A stretch of DNA of 64,000 nucleotides from NCBI RefSeq assembly GCF_036321535.1, contig NC_087436.1, positions 18,540,001-18,604,000 on the forward strand, read 5' to 3'. The number at the start of each line of letters is the position of its first letter. Position 1 is the first letter of the stretch. This stretch comes from Camelus dromedarius (taxonomy: Eukaryota). The notes under the pieces are model-generated. The model saw only the letters and a program-made list of their open reading frames with translations. It did not search any database and was not told the DNA's origin. Shown here one piece after another: positions 15,865 to 28,281 of the stretch. The position numbers and the translations under genes were made by a program.

Positions 15865-17141
15865 AGTTGAAATCAATAATGAAATAAAATTCACATCTTA
15901 AGGCCAGACAAGAAAAATTCACACAAAAAACTTTCTCAGTCCTGTGGCCTCCCCCGTCCCCTCTAGTGTGCACTGTGCACCTGCATCATAACCAGACCTC
16001 CCCTTTGGCAGGAGTACCTGTGCAACCATAAACATCACTTTTTCTCCTTCTGGCACCAGTCATGTAATGCCTTAGAAGATAACATCCTTTCTCAATTGTG
16101 AAAGGGTCACGATGACCCATCACTTGCCTTCTAAGTACAGACATCTTTGGTGAATTTTATGCACAATGCCAATATATCGTTTCCCTTAAAGACAGTGACT
16201 GGTGCTGAACAGAGTGGTCAGATGACCTGGGGAGATACTGGGCCGCACCTAAAGGAAGTTCTTAGCTCAAATACTTATGACCTTATTAATGTTACTAACT
16301 ATATTACTTGTATTCTGTCTGTTTTACAAGATTATTGTTTTTTGCATTACCAAATGTATGACTGAGCCTCAGATAAAATTAATGATTAGGTGACTTGAAA
16401 TGATTGACCAAATATACAATACAGTTCTATAAGATTGTAATAGCATGACTCTAGATCTGGGAAGAAGCAATAAGACGGAACCATTTCCTGGACCATAAAA
16501 GACTAGTGAGACAGGTGGTCCAGAGGCTTTTGGCTATTGTTAAGAGGGCCTTGTCCAGTAATAGCACATTGAGTGGCTTATCAACAAAATCCTCACCTGC
16601 CTGTGGGACAAACTTGTCATGAAATGCCTCCCAAACCTTGGTAGAAATTAAGACTGAAAGGGAAGGGACTGTAAAATAAAGAATGCTGCCCACCATCCAG
16701 TTCTACAAGAATCAAGTCATTAGCCACTGTGGTCACTGAAAAGCTGACCTACACTACACCCTGAAAGGAACTGGGGGTAAGATCCAGATGAGGCACTCTG
16801 TGCTCTGGGAAAACTGGCAGAATGGGCCTTCAAATTGGTATTTTCAGGAGAAACTTTAATGAACCCGGATTCTTGCATCGTCACATACTTAGGTAAGCAC
16901 TAAAGCTATTAAGATGTCTGTTCCTCGTGAGTAGCAGCAACCTTCTACTGAGATGTGTGCTCGATTGCATGTATCACCGCCCTGCACCAAAATCACACAT
17001 ATGCTGGCTTCCCCCTTTATCTCTTCGGAACAGTTCTTAGAGCTCTCGGAGAGGCTGTCTCCTGGGCTATAAGCCTCAGTTTGGCTCAAATAAACTTTTC
17101 CATTTCTTTCTCAGATTGACTATTAATTTTTTCCATTGACA
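15865..17141 (+). mobile_element. Deleted ERV provirus remnant: partial LTR, env TM/tail remnant, PPT and 3' LTR (16670-17141)
   Basis: Hydrophobic frame LAQILMTLLMLLTILLVFCLFYKIIVFCITKC from 16262; PPT gaaagggaaggga at 16656-16668 followed by TG; AATAAA near 17089; ends ...tgaCA. Confidence 0.7.
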
Positions 17142-18119
17142 CTAACACCTAAGACAAGTCTCAAGATAGGTTATTATACATATTATTAATCTTAAAAGTA
17201 GTTTCTATACTTCAAAGTAAGAAATACTCCAAAGAAATCCCTATTTGTATTAAGATATCTATACTTGAATTTTGTTAGACAAATTATGGAAATAACTTAA
17301 ATATCTAATAAATGGGAAACGATGTAGTGTAATGTTACATAACATTAAAAACAACTACATGGACTATGTTAGTATGGGAAAGTCAACAAAAAAATACTAA
17401 GTGAACATACAGAAAACAAACATATTAAATACATTTCATTTAATTGTATAAAAATCATTTCCACATAAAAAGCCTAAAAAAAAACCATGGGCTTGTCATA
17501 ACTCATGTGAAATAGTTGTTTCTAAGTAAAAATACGTCCAGGTTCTTATTAACTTCAAATTTAAAGTTTATTACAATTTTTATAAAGCACTTAGTTAAGT
17601 ATTTACCTGGGGCGGGGAGGTCTTTCAGCTTTTACTACTTTACTGATGTCATAATAAGAATGACATCAAAAAATATACAAAGGACTTTTTGCAAAACTTT
17701 GTTGGTTAAGAGTTAATTTCTAAAGTAAAAACAAACAACAAAGTTAAACCAACTCGCGTCCTTTTAATCCAGGAAGCTAGTTAAATGCTAATAAAATTCA
17801 ACACCTGGTCTTTAAAGTGGATCTAGTTAAGTCCAATATTTGAATAGATCAGATTTCAGGAATAAAGTTACCTTACTTTCAGGGAACTGATAAATGCTTG
17901 CAAAACAGTGCTCTCCGAAGACGCTACCTTAATATATCCTATTTTCTCGGCCCTACCTCCACCCGTAGAAAGCTCTGAAAAACTGTGAACAACCAGAAAC
18001 AACAGGTTTATGTCCTAAGACTGGGTTCATTACATGACGTGGTTTTCAGGATATCAAGTCTGGAGCGTCCGGGCAAAAATAGGATCCCTTAGATGGGCCG
18101 GACGGTAGAAGAAAGGTTA

Positions 18120-18323
<204 letters not shown>

Positions 18324-18436
18324 TTATGGGGAGCCCTGTTCTTTGGCTGTTCTGTCGACTCGCATACTACGGAAAAACAGCCGTTGGGTGACTTATTCAG
18401 CAGCTCGAACCGCCTCCTTGGCCCACGCTGTGCTTT

Positions 18437-18457
18437 CTGCTGCTGCTGCTGCTGCTG
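18437..18457 (-). repeat. (CAG)7 trinucleotide repeat in the TMEM184C 5'UTR
   Basis: (CTG)7 on the plus strand. Confidence 0.9.
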
Positions 18458-18867
18458 CCGCCACAAATGCGGCCGCTCAAGATGCTACCGGGGAGCAGTG
18501 CGGGCAGCATTCTTTCCTCTCTACCGTGCATCCACCCAGTTCTTCCGCGGTGGAATCCCCGGCAGAGCTGCTCCCCTCACCCCGGGATCGCTCGAAGCTC
18601 CCCCTGCAGCATGGCCTCGACGGGAGCGGCACCGAGCCGGACCGGCCTGTAAGGACCCTGCACACAGCTCGGTTCTGCCCCGCGGCTGCCTGCCCGCTCA
18701 CTCTTTTCTTGGGCGGTCGAGCTTCCTTCCTCCCCGGTTCGCAGGCGTTTCCTTGCCGGATTCTGCTGATAGATAAGGGGCGATAACTCAAACCCGCTGG
18801 CCCCAGGATGTCTTCACTCGCTCGTACCGGACATTCCCCCAAGGCGGAATCCAAGGCCAAACCAGGG

Positions 18868-18983
18868 CTTCCGCTTCCGCCCCCTGCTGAATGAGGTTGG
18901 TGATTCGTCGACAGCGCCAAGCTAGGCCCCCCTCATCCGGTTCATTCCGTACTCTCTGATTGGTCATTTGAAGGGGGCGGGGC
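18868..18983 (-). promoter_or_regulatory. Core promoter motifs: tandem ETS/GABP site, CCAAT box, Sp1 GC box
   Basis: CGGAAGCGGAAG on the minus strand at 18868-18879; ATTGG (CCAAT on minus) at 18959-18963; GGGGCGGGGC at 18974-18983; no TATA box seen. Confidence 0.65.
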
Positions 18984-19639
18984 TGTAGGGATGCGTATCT
19001 ACGTTACAAGGTTGGAGGCAGAGGAGGTTCGGGGAAGTGTGGAATCGCTGTCGGATGGGACCAGTGGCCCATGAGGATTCTGCAAGCTCTACAGAGCGTT
19101 TGAGAACACTTGAGGAACCCCTACTCCATTGTTCTGCTGACTATATTCCAGCTTTAAGAAAGCCTGGGTAAGAGGCCATTACCTTAGAGCTGAGCCTTTT
19201 CTTTTTCTGCACAAAAGGGCCCCCATTCTCTCTGAGAGTGGTTAGGGAAGTCAGCTCGAATAAGAAGACAGAAAGAAATGGGAAACGTTCGCCTAGTTTT
19301 GTGTCAGTTGCTGGAATGTAAGGGTAGAGCCACTTGGTTATTTTGGGATCCTGCGGAAAGACCATTCTAGGCATAGGTTAATTTTAGAAGACACTGCAAA
19401 TACTGAATATCCTCTCCGCATTTGGAACTTGTTACAAACTCGCATACATTAAAGTTTCAAAAGGTTGACATTATAGCTGACAAATTTAATGTGCTTAAAG
19501 CTTTTAACTAAACCTATGGGGCAAATAAATGGTAAATGGGATCTTAAAGCCTTTCTAAACCAATAGAACAAACAAATCTCTACTTCTCAATTAGACACAC
19601 AAATGTGTTCTATATGTGTCGTTTTCTGAGAGTCAGACA

Positions 19640-19800
19640 CTGCTCTTTACTTATATCAGTTGATCTGCATAAAAATCCCAGAAGGTAGGCAGTTTTTGAT
19701 GTTACAGATGAAAAAAGAGATTCAAATAGTTAAGTAATTTGCAAAGCTCATTGAGCTAGTTAGTGGTGGTGCTGGGATTCTAACCTTGGTCTCTGACTGC
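19640..19800 (-). mobile_element. MIR SINE
   Basis: ttacagatgaaaaaagagattcaaatagttaagtaatttgc...gctgggattctaaccttggtctctgact. Confidence 0.65.
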
Positions 19801-21135
19801 TGAGGTGCTGCTAAACATTCAACCTATCAGCACCTGCCACCTGAGAATCCTTGACTGATGACTGTATGTGAACTAGAAGGCCTGCAGTATTGACTACACC
19901 CAGCCTAGGGAATGTTGTCTGCCCTATTGTCATCTGTCCTAGCCAAAGTCTGGAGCTTGATAACACCTCCATTTTACAGCCTGGTCTCTTTTTATACAAA
20001 CTTAAAGGGACATAGGCTTTTTGTTTGTTCTTCATAAGCTAACCTACAAAATTGACATAGTTATTTTTAATTTCCTGATCATTAAATCAGTGCATACTCC
20101 ATTGTCAAATTTCAGAAAAGAGGAGAATAAAGAAGAGAAAACCCTTACTCTACAACCAAGTATAACCATTACTTACTTTTTGATACACAATATAGTTTTC
20201 CTTGGGTATGCTGGATACATAGTCTCTGTGCTTTCAGTCAGTCATTGCCATCTGTAATAGTCTTCCGCATTCTTTCTCATGGGCAAATGTTTTTTACATA
20301 ATTTGTGAAACTTTCCTTGAGTTTTTTTCGCCCTATATCCTTAGTAGCACTCATGAGTTACAATCATTTACGTATTTGTCTGCCTTTTAGATTGAGTTCC
20401 TAGGAGCAAGCTAAAGCTCTAGAACTATAAAAATAAATAGAATAAAGCAAGAGAGGGAAGAGACCAGAATGTCACTTGCATAGGTAATTTCCCACACCAG
20501 TTTGCGAACCAGGGTTTATCCATGGTGAAGTTTTCTGCAGATCAGCAGAGAAATGAGAAAGAAAGAAAAAAAATATATAGTGAATTTTCCATTTAGTCAA
20601 ACTTATTCATTCTAAAGGAGTATGCTTTATTTTGAAGTTATCCGTTCTGTTTTTTTTTTAATGTGATAGTTATAGAGTAGTTGTTTTCTAAATGTTCTTA
20701 CTTTGGAGAATGAAAGGTTGGTAACTTTGTTTCTATTTAGTCTATTTCCAAAATTGTTCTTGGTCCATGAAATACTAAAGTCTGGTAATCACTGAGTCAG
20801 GAAATGGCTGATTTCAGCAACCATAATGTTGGCTTGATCCTAATCCACTTGCTTTTCTTGCTATGGGCATTCTCTGTATTCTTTCTGGATATGACTTAGC
20901 CTAAGCCTGAGGGTGGATCTGAGCTTGATAGTGTTTGAAAAATAACAAGTGATTATAACCAGTAGATGATACTAGGGTCAAAGTCAAGCCAATCGTTCTT
21001 AGTCATTAGTCATTCTTGATGCAGTTTGGATTAGTCTGCCTTAAAATAATAGGTTAACAAAATTCACTTTGAGGGATTCTGCGAAGCGGGCACCCCTTGG
21101 CATGTATTGCCATATCTCTCTATGTAAATGCGTCT

Positions 21136-21352
21136 GTGGTGGTTTTAAAACATGGCTGCAACTTCTGTACTCTTCCCATAAACATATGGACTCTGTGTCC
21201 CCTCCCCTTAAATCTGGGTTGGGGTGACTGATTTGACTATTAGAGTATAGTGATCATAATCACCATATGACTGCAGAGGCTAGGTCATAAAAGGTCAGGC
21301 AACTTCACCTTGTCTGTTGGAACACTTGTTTGTGGAACTGTCAGCCATCAGG
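21136..21352 (+). mobile_element. MaLR LTR 5' part (MLT1F/G-like), cut off by the ZZZ3 retrocopy
   Basis: tgtggtggttttaaaacatgg...cccctccccttaaatctggg...ggctaggtcataaaagg resembles recalled MLT1F/G. Confidence 0.65.
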
Positions 21353-21355
21353 TTG

Positions 21356-23292
21356 AGTTTAGGCAGACATCAGAGAGAAGCACAAAAAAATCCCATTGAG
21401 TTCGTGGAAAACTTCCAGAAGAAGGCTGATATAGGGCTTCCGTATCACAGAGAGTTGTTCAGTTGCCAAAGATTGGGCACCAGTATACCAATAGCCTTGG
21501 GAACTTTGGAAGGGAATGTGAAAATCATAAAAGGCATACTAGAAGAGTTAATCTAGTTTTTGACAAACTAGGTTTACCTGCTAGACCAAAAAGTCCTTTA
21601 GATCCTAGGAAGGATGGAGAGTCCCTGTCATACTTGTATGTTGCCTCTGAGTGATGGTTCAGAAGGCTCAAAATAGTCATCCTCAGATGATAAGAGGACA
21701 CATGTGTGATGATACCAACCCTGAAACATTTAACCAATTGTGGACTGTTGAAGAACAGAAAAAGTTTGAACAACTACTCCTGGAATACCCTCCTGAAGGA
21801 GTAGAATCTTGATGCTGGCAGAATGTAGCTGATGAACTGGGCAGTAGGACAGCAGAACAGGTTGCCAGCAAGTGCAGAAGTAGTTCATGAAACTAAAGCT
21901 GGCATTCCAGTCCCAGGCAGAACACCAAACTTATATATATATACTCCAAAAAGTCTTCAACAAGCACATGACAGCACCCCCTTAATAAGCCTCTTTAAAC
22001 ATTCCACTTTGATGACTTCCCAGGAACCATCAGTCTATATGGATGAAGATGAAGACCGATCCTGTTTTCATAGCCACATGAACAGTGCTATTGAGGAGGC
22101 ATCAGATAGAGTATTCCTATTATGTATGGAAATTTACCTGAATATAAGGAACAGTTTACAAAGTTATAAAAAAAACAAACTTAAGCAAATGCAAGCTGAA
22201 AGTGGATTTGTGTACCATGTGGGCTTCAAGTGTGATAACTGAGGCATAGAACCTATCCAGGTAGGGTGTTCAGTGCCACTGCCAGGATTGTCCTCCAGGA
22301 ATGTCTTTGGATTTCTGTGGTTCTTGTTCAGACCACCTTCATGAATCAGATATTCACAAGGACGATCACCAACTAGAACCTGTTTGTAGGTCAAAGACAT
22401 TCTTAGAGTCTACTGTGTGTCCCAGGGCACCAGTTATAATTACTTTGACCCAAACTGCTTTCTGGCAAACAGATGACATGGATGAGAACATCATATACCA
22501 GTCCTCTTCAACACATAGCAATGGTATCATTGCGAATTATGTGCATAGTTTGGGAAGATTCTCTGCTTTCCTTGAAATGACGCTCGATGACAGCACGATG
22601 GCTTCCTGAGTGTTCTTGTCAAGTCCAGCTCCGCACCATCGAGGCTCTAGATCATTTTTCAGCAGCTGAACATTCCTGGTGAGCAAAGGATTTCGCTGGT
22701 GAGTTTATCGCCACCACCTTAAAGCCTTTTAGGCGGTGACCTTAAATGGGTGAGATGGAAATGAGAGCACACATTAAAGAGAGAGTAAATTCCAATGGTT
22801 TCAAAGAACCTGGTCTTAAAGATGCTGATGAGAAGACAAAGTACTTATATTAAAACAGTTTGGTAGTTTTCAGTTTTATGAAAATAGTTTTCAGCACAGA
22901 AACTGACTTCTTTTGACAAAGTTTTAACCAATGACGGTGTTCTCTTCTAGAACATGTACACTTTAAAAGATCTCACTGTCCCCAGTGGTGGCCACTGGTG
23001 GCCTTCAGTAAATTGGAGCTGCTTAACCTTGATGTCTAATTTTTTTAACCACAATTTACTGTCCTTATTACACCAGCGAAGCACTGTAGGAGGCAACTGT
23101 GGTATTCTTCCTTAACCAGCTCACGGCGTGTGAATGCTATAAAATTGTCACTCAGAGGTTTTTTAAAATGTAATGTTATGCAAGATGATCATGTGATGTG
23201 TACAAACCATGGTGAAAGTGCCATTGGTGGTCAATATGAAGATCTGTTTAACATACTCATGTTGAAATAAAAATGAGTTACAGTTTAAAAAA
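21356..23292 (+). pseudogene. ZZZ3: Processed, 5'-truncated ZZZ3 pseudogene (C-terminal SANT/Myb and ZZ zinc-finger region plus 3'UTR)
   Basis: Intronless peptide pieces in shifting frames: [103 protein letters not shown]. Ancestral stop TGA at 22474-22476; AATAAA at 23266-23271; A6 tail at 23287-23292. Confidence 0.93.
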
Positions 23293-23344
23293 GTATTTTC
23301 TGTCATTTTGTTCATTTTGTTTATGGGTCTTATGATTTAGAACC

Positions 23345-24291
23345 AACTATGGCCTGCAATAACCCAGTCGTGGTCTGCAATCTGTTTCTGCATGGCCCAT
23401 GAGCTAAGAACAGTTTTTGCATTTCCTTTTTCATCATGGTAAAATATATGCAAACATAAAAGTTACCATTTTAACCATCTTTAAGTGCACAATTCAATGG
23501 CATTAAATATATTCACATTATTGTGCCACTATCACTGCTGTCCATCTCTGGAACTTTCTCATTATCCCAGGCTGAAACTCGGTACTCGTGAAACACTAAC
23601 TCTCCATTCTCCTTTTCCCCAGTCCCTGGTAACCACTCTCCTACCTTCTGCCTTTATAAATTTGAACACTCTAGGTACTTTATGTAAGTGGAGTCATACA
23701 ATATTTGTCCTTTTGCATCTGGGTTAGTTCACTTAGCATACTGTTTTCAGGGTTCATCCATACTGTAGCATGTATCTGGATTTCCTAATTTTTCAAGGCT
23801 AAATAATATTGCACTGTATGTAGAAACCACATTTTGTGTATCTGTTTATCTGTTGATGGCCAGTTGTGTTTCTCCCAGCTTTTGCCCATTTTGAATACTA
23901 CTGCTGTGAACATTGGTTTCCTCCTGGTATTTATTGTGAATAATGCTTCTATGAACACTGGTGTACGCACCTAGAGGATGAGGTATGGATATGATCCTCC
24001 TCCATTGCTTTTGACCTTAACCAGAGAACCCGCCTTCCTACCCCCTAATGGTGTCTAATGCTGCTGTATGCATACAGGGGATGTATTTAGGGGAAACAGG
24101 GAATTGTCTGTTCATTGGGGATGGAGTGCCAGTTTTGCAAGATGTAAAGATACCTGGAGATTTGTTGACAGCAATATGAATATACCCAACTGCTTTTAAT
24201 TTGGCATTTAGGGTTGTAAAAAAAAAAATTAAAAGGATATTTAAAAATATTTACTATTTGGCCTTTTATGGAAAAAGTCTGCCACCCCCTA
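23345..24291 (+). mobile_element. MER58-like hAT DNA transposon interrupted by L1 fragments (about 23430-24190)
   Basis: Left part caactatggcc...ggcccatgagctaagaacagtttttgcattt; right part aaaatatttactatttggccttttatggaaaaagtctgccacccct; L1 3'UTR-type sequence between them. Confidence 0.65.
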
Positions 24292-24609
24292 ATTTAGAGT
24301 AAATTAAAAAATTTTTATAATGGGCTGTCATGAAGTTGCTAAATGAATCTCAACATAAAGTTCACTCATTTCATCCCTAGGGACGTAATTAAATTTCAGC
24401 AGACTGTCTCACACTAAATATTTGGGGAACTCTAGTTGTTCCGTCCCAAAACCAACATTGAAAAACCACGGTTTTGTTCTTGTCATTAAGAGTCACTGAT
24501 TTTAAAGGGATCCTGCAAAACTCCAGAGTCATAGGGCACAAGGGTTCTTTTCTTTAGAGCCAGGATTACATGAAAGAAAAGGTCCCACCATATACATATT
24601 ATTTTCTTT

Positions 24610-24646
<37 letters not shown>
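24610..24646 (+). repeat. (TG)n microsatellite
   Basis: Direct read, one interruption. Confidence 0.95.
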
Positions 24647-24648
<2 letters not shown>

Positions 24649-25928
24649 AATGGAAGTTCCCCTACTGGTCCTGCTTCCACGAGTGGCTGTGAGCAGGGGG
24701 GAAGGGGAGGAGCAGGAGGGGAGCTAGGGTGTTGTTAAAAATATAGGCCCCCCCAAACAAGGTGCCTGTGGGGAACTTGGTCTGCATCAATGCAAGAGTT
24801 ATGTAGCAGCTGGAGACGCCGTCATTTCCGCTTTTGACCTCCTTTTCTGATTCTACTCTGAGCAGGCTCTCAATGTCCTTTGTCCCTAAGGTGGCGAGTC
24901 CCAGACTTTCTCGTCTCATGACACCTTAGAATCTCAGTCAATTTTTCATGGTGTCCTTTAGCCAAAGAAATTTCTAACAGTTTCATGTAGTAAGTAAGTA
25001 ATTATGTCCAAACAACCTACTTCCAGACATTCATATGATGTTTCTGTGTTTCTCTCAAACGTTTAAACTATCCTGTGGTGCCTCTGAATGCACTTCCTGC
25101 TCTGTGGCCCCTCAGCACAGTTTGGAAATTGTGGTCTAGGGTCCCTTACCTGTGTTTCTGACTTGGATAAGCCTTTGTCCCTGGCTTTGCCTCTTGTTTT
25201 CAGATACTACTACCCACGTTTCCAGGGCTTGCCTAACAATTTCTGATGGTTTTCTTTGCTTACAGATTCAATTTTCACATTCTTGATTCAGGTTTATTCT
25301 CTCAGTTCATTAACTTTTATAGCAGATTTTCTTTATGAAGGCTCTGTGTTTAAACTACTGAAATAAATCCTTAAATGAAGAGAACGTTTGCCCTGGTCTT
25401 CAAAAGTTTGTTACTAGAATTACTGGATTAGTGACTATCAGGATCTCTAATTACCTCACAAGAAAGGTGGTAAAGTGTCTTAAGCCATCAGATAATCTTT
25501 GGTAGTATATGTTGTCTTGTTACTCAGGTGAAGAGGATCCTGTGAATGGTGAAGATAACTTGCATAGTAAATGATAAATTACCTTTTCTATAAACTATTA
25601 CTCACTAGATGAACTTTCTAGTAGCTATATCTAATGAGGAAGTTTTTTTTTAATTGATGGTTTATTTTCAGACTGATTTAAGTGACACTTCTGGCATATC
25701 AAGTTACAGGCTAAAAGGAAGGTGAAAAACCTTAATAACTTTAAACGTTAACAGATTCAAGACTAGGTTATTCGGGAGCTTTGGGAGAGAAGGTATTTCT
25801 GGTTAGGAAGAAGATTCTGTGGATTATTCAAAAATGTAAGAATGGAAACATATTTTTATATGAGACAAATTCTTTAGGATTTAAACAAAAATCAAGGTGT
25901 CATTTATTGTACTTTGGATGCTAGACTA

Positions 25929-26520
25929 TGCTGATCCCCCTAGAAAGAAGGCTTGACTCACACGAGGTAAGGAGAATTTGTGGGAGGGTTTTGCCCCGGT
26001 GTTTTAGTTTTTTCCTTTATATATGAGGAAAGGTCCCTATGGAGATGGAGTTTTACCTCTTTTCTCACATACAGGCTGTCAGTTACCTTGTGTAAACTCA
26101 CGGGCACACGTCCTCCGTGGTTTTACATAGGTCAGATGTGGGGGTGTGGTGAGGAGGGTGAGCGTTCTGTGCACGCAGAGCTCTGAACGCAGTCCACCAG
26201 GCTTGGGCCAGTGTAGTCAGCGCTTCTATTTATATGGCATCTTTACTTTGTGGATGTAAAACTAGACTTTTTTTTTTTCCTAGAGTGTAAATCCTATGAT
26301 TTGTGCTTTCCCATTTTCTCATTTGGGAAAAGAGAGGAAAACAGGAGAGCAGTGTCTTTGTTGTTCCCTTCGTCCTAGGACCCTCCCTAAGTTGGGATAT
26401 AATAAGGATCAGGCAGTTGTCCCAGCACTAAGCTTTTCAATTCTCCTTATTCTCAGGAACCCTGGATTCGTGACCAATGTCCCCAGGAAGGAAGACTCAA
26501 GTAGAAAAATACCTTGCCTG
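25929..26520. mobile_element. Possible LTR/ERV-derived sequence (family not identified)
   Basis: TG start, raised GC and residual CpG compared with the flanks, adjacent to other LTRs. Confidence 0.3.
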
Positions 26521-26635
26521 ATGTATTTTCTGTTACTGGCCTAACAAATGACCACAGAATTAGTGGCTGATATAGAAACACATGGCTTCAGGATTGGGGT
26601 TGGGGGACAAGTCACTGAGCTGGAAGTCTGTGGAC

Positions 26636-27622
26636 TGTTAATAACTGAGAAGGGTCTGAGATTTGTACCCTAATTGCAAGCTAAGAGGTTAGCCTGCCAC
26701 AGTTCCATAGATACTGGCAAGACATGAGACATCTGGGTCTGAGACAAAGGACTTTTCTACTAATAGCACAGCAGGCAGGAAGAGCTTCATGTTTGTAATG
26801 GTTCCTCTTGCCTCCCAAGTCCCAGGGGGTGAGGTGGAGAGGCCCAGGTGTATTCTGTACAGGAAGGAGTTTCCACCGTAGGTGAGGAACACCCCAGTCT
26901 TCTGTAATGACCTGAAAGTAAACCTGTTCAACCTTTTCCCTGGAGGGAGACATTGTCTTTATCATCCTAGTCAGGAAAAAAAATGTGCTCTTTGCCCTGG
27001 AAGGAGATGCTATCTCTACTTCTCAAGGCTGTTTGCTGTATGTGTTAGTTACCCAGTCCAAGCTCGTACTGCTCGCTGCACAGCAGGCCAATAAATCAAG
27101 AATGAGTTGTTGGGGCAAGGAATAGTGACTTTATTCAGAAAGCCAGCAGACGGAGAAGATGGTGCACTAGTGTCCCAAGGAACTGTCTTGCCTGAGTTAG
27201 AATTCATACTTCTTTTATACTAAAAGGGGAGGGAGTAAAGTCAGACAATTTCCTGGTTCTGGTCAGCTTCCAGAGGGGATGTGTTCATTTCTTCTTGCCT
27301 GCTGTCATTCACAGGTGGGCCTGGTCAGGATGTTTCCTGTGAGTAAACAAAGGTGTTTCAGCTTTATGCTCATTATCTGTGAGTCAGGGTACCCAGAGAT
27401 GGGCCATTATTTATGACTTAAGCTCATATGCAACATCCCTTTAGTGATTAACTTGTAGCAAAAGTAAAAGAAAACAAAGATTTAAAGTAAAAGAAACAAA
27501 TCCAATATGGAGTCAGATTTGTTCTTCCCTATTACATTTTACAAATGAATATCCTTGAAAAGATATTCCAGAGCAAAAACTGATGGAAAGCATACAGAAA
27601 TGCCATGGAGAATTGTCCCCCA
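26636..27622 (-). mobile_element. Older ERV LTR interrupted by a nested LTR
   Basis: gtctgagatttgtaccctaattgcaagctaagaggttagcctgccacag...; the sequence resumes at tacaaatgaatatccttgaaaagata after 27536. Confidence 0.6.
27043..27536 (-). mobile_element. ERV1-type solo LTR nested in the older LTR
   Basis: TG...CA termini; tttatt (minus-strand AATAAA) near 27130; similar to the 40777-41374 LTR. Confidence 0.7.
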
Positions 27623-28152
27623 ATAAAGATTAAACTAGATAACCAGCTGATTTGTATCACCAAAAATCACACATTTGGTGAGTAGAAGCCTGACTTGGGT
27701 CAACCTGATAGAGTTACTTGCTTCCCCTCCCCAGACAGCTCTAACACCCAGAGCCATTTTAATAAAAGCAAGGCCACATATCTTTGGGGAAGGTCTGAAA
27801 TAATATCGAAGGTCTACTCCACAAATCTTGTCTTGTCTCAGGTCTGTCAAGGGAAGTAGGCACAGGGTGAAGGGAGACAGCCACACCTTTTGTTCTTATC
27901 AAACAATTGTTTTGCATTAACACTACTTGTCAAATAATTCTAAGTAATGTTTGCTGTCCTGTGATCCAGTCAAGGTTACTCACGTTTGGTCAAAGTAGGT
28001 GATTTGAAGAATGTTCAGTAGAGGGGCTGTTTACAAAGGTTTGGTCAAGGAGCAGGGAAACCATTTGGGATGGTGCAGTAACAGCAAAGAGGAGGAAGCA
28101 GTTACTGGAAAAAGAGGCTGTGTGGAATGGGTCCTCTAAAAAGAGTTGTGAC

Positions 28153-28281
28153 ATATATGTGTGTGTATATATATATTTCTATATCACTTTTCAGATATAT
28201 ATACCTATATCTGAATCACTTTGCTGTACACCTGAAACTAATACAACATTGTAAATCAACTACAGTTCAATTAAAAAAAAA
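28153..28281 (+). mobile_element. L1 3' terminal fragment with A tail
   Basis: ctgaatcactttgctgtacacctgaaactaatacaacattgtaaatcaactacagttcaattaaaaaaaa, the typical laurasiatherian L1 3' end. Confidence 0.8.

Noticed and set aside
21317..22609. Functional ZZZ3 gene or retrogene
   Set aside because: 5'-truncated with multiple frameshifts and premature stops, including one in the first ZZ CxxC (KCDN*).
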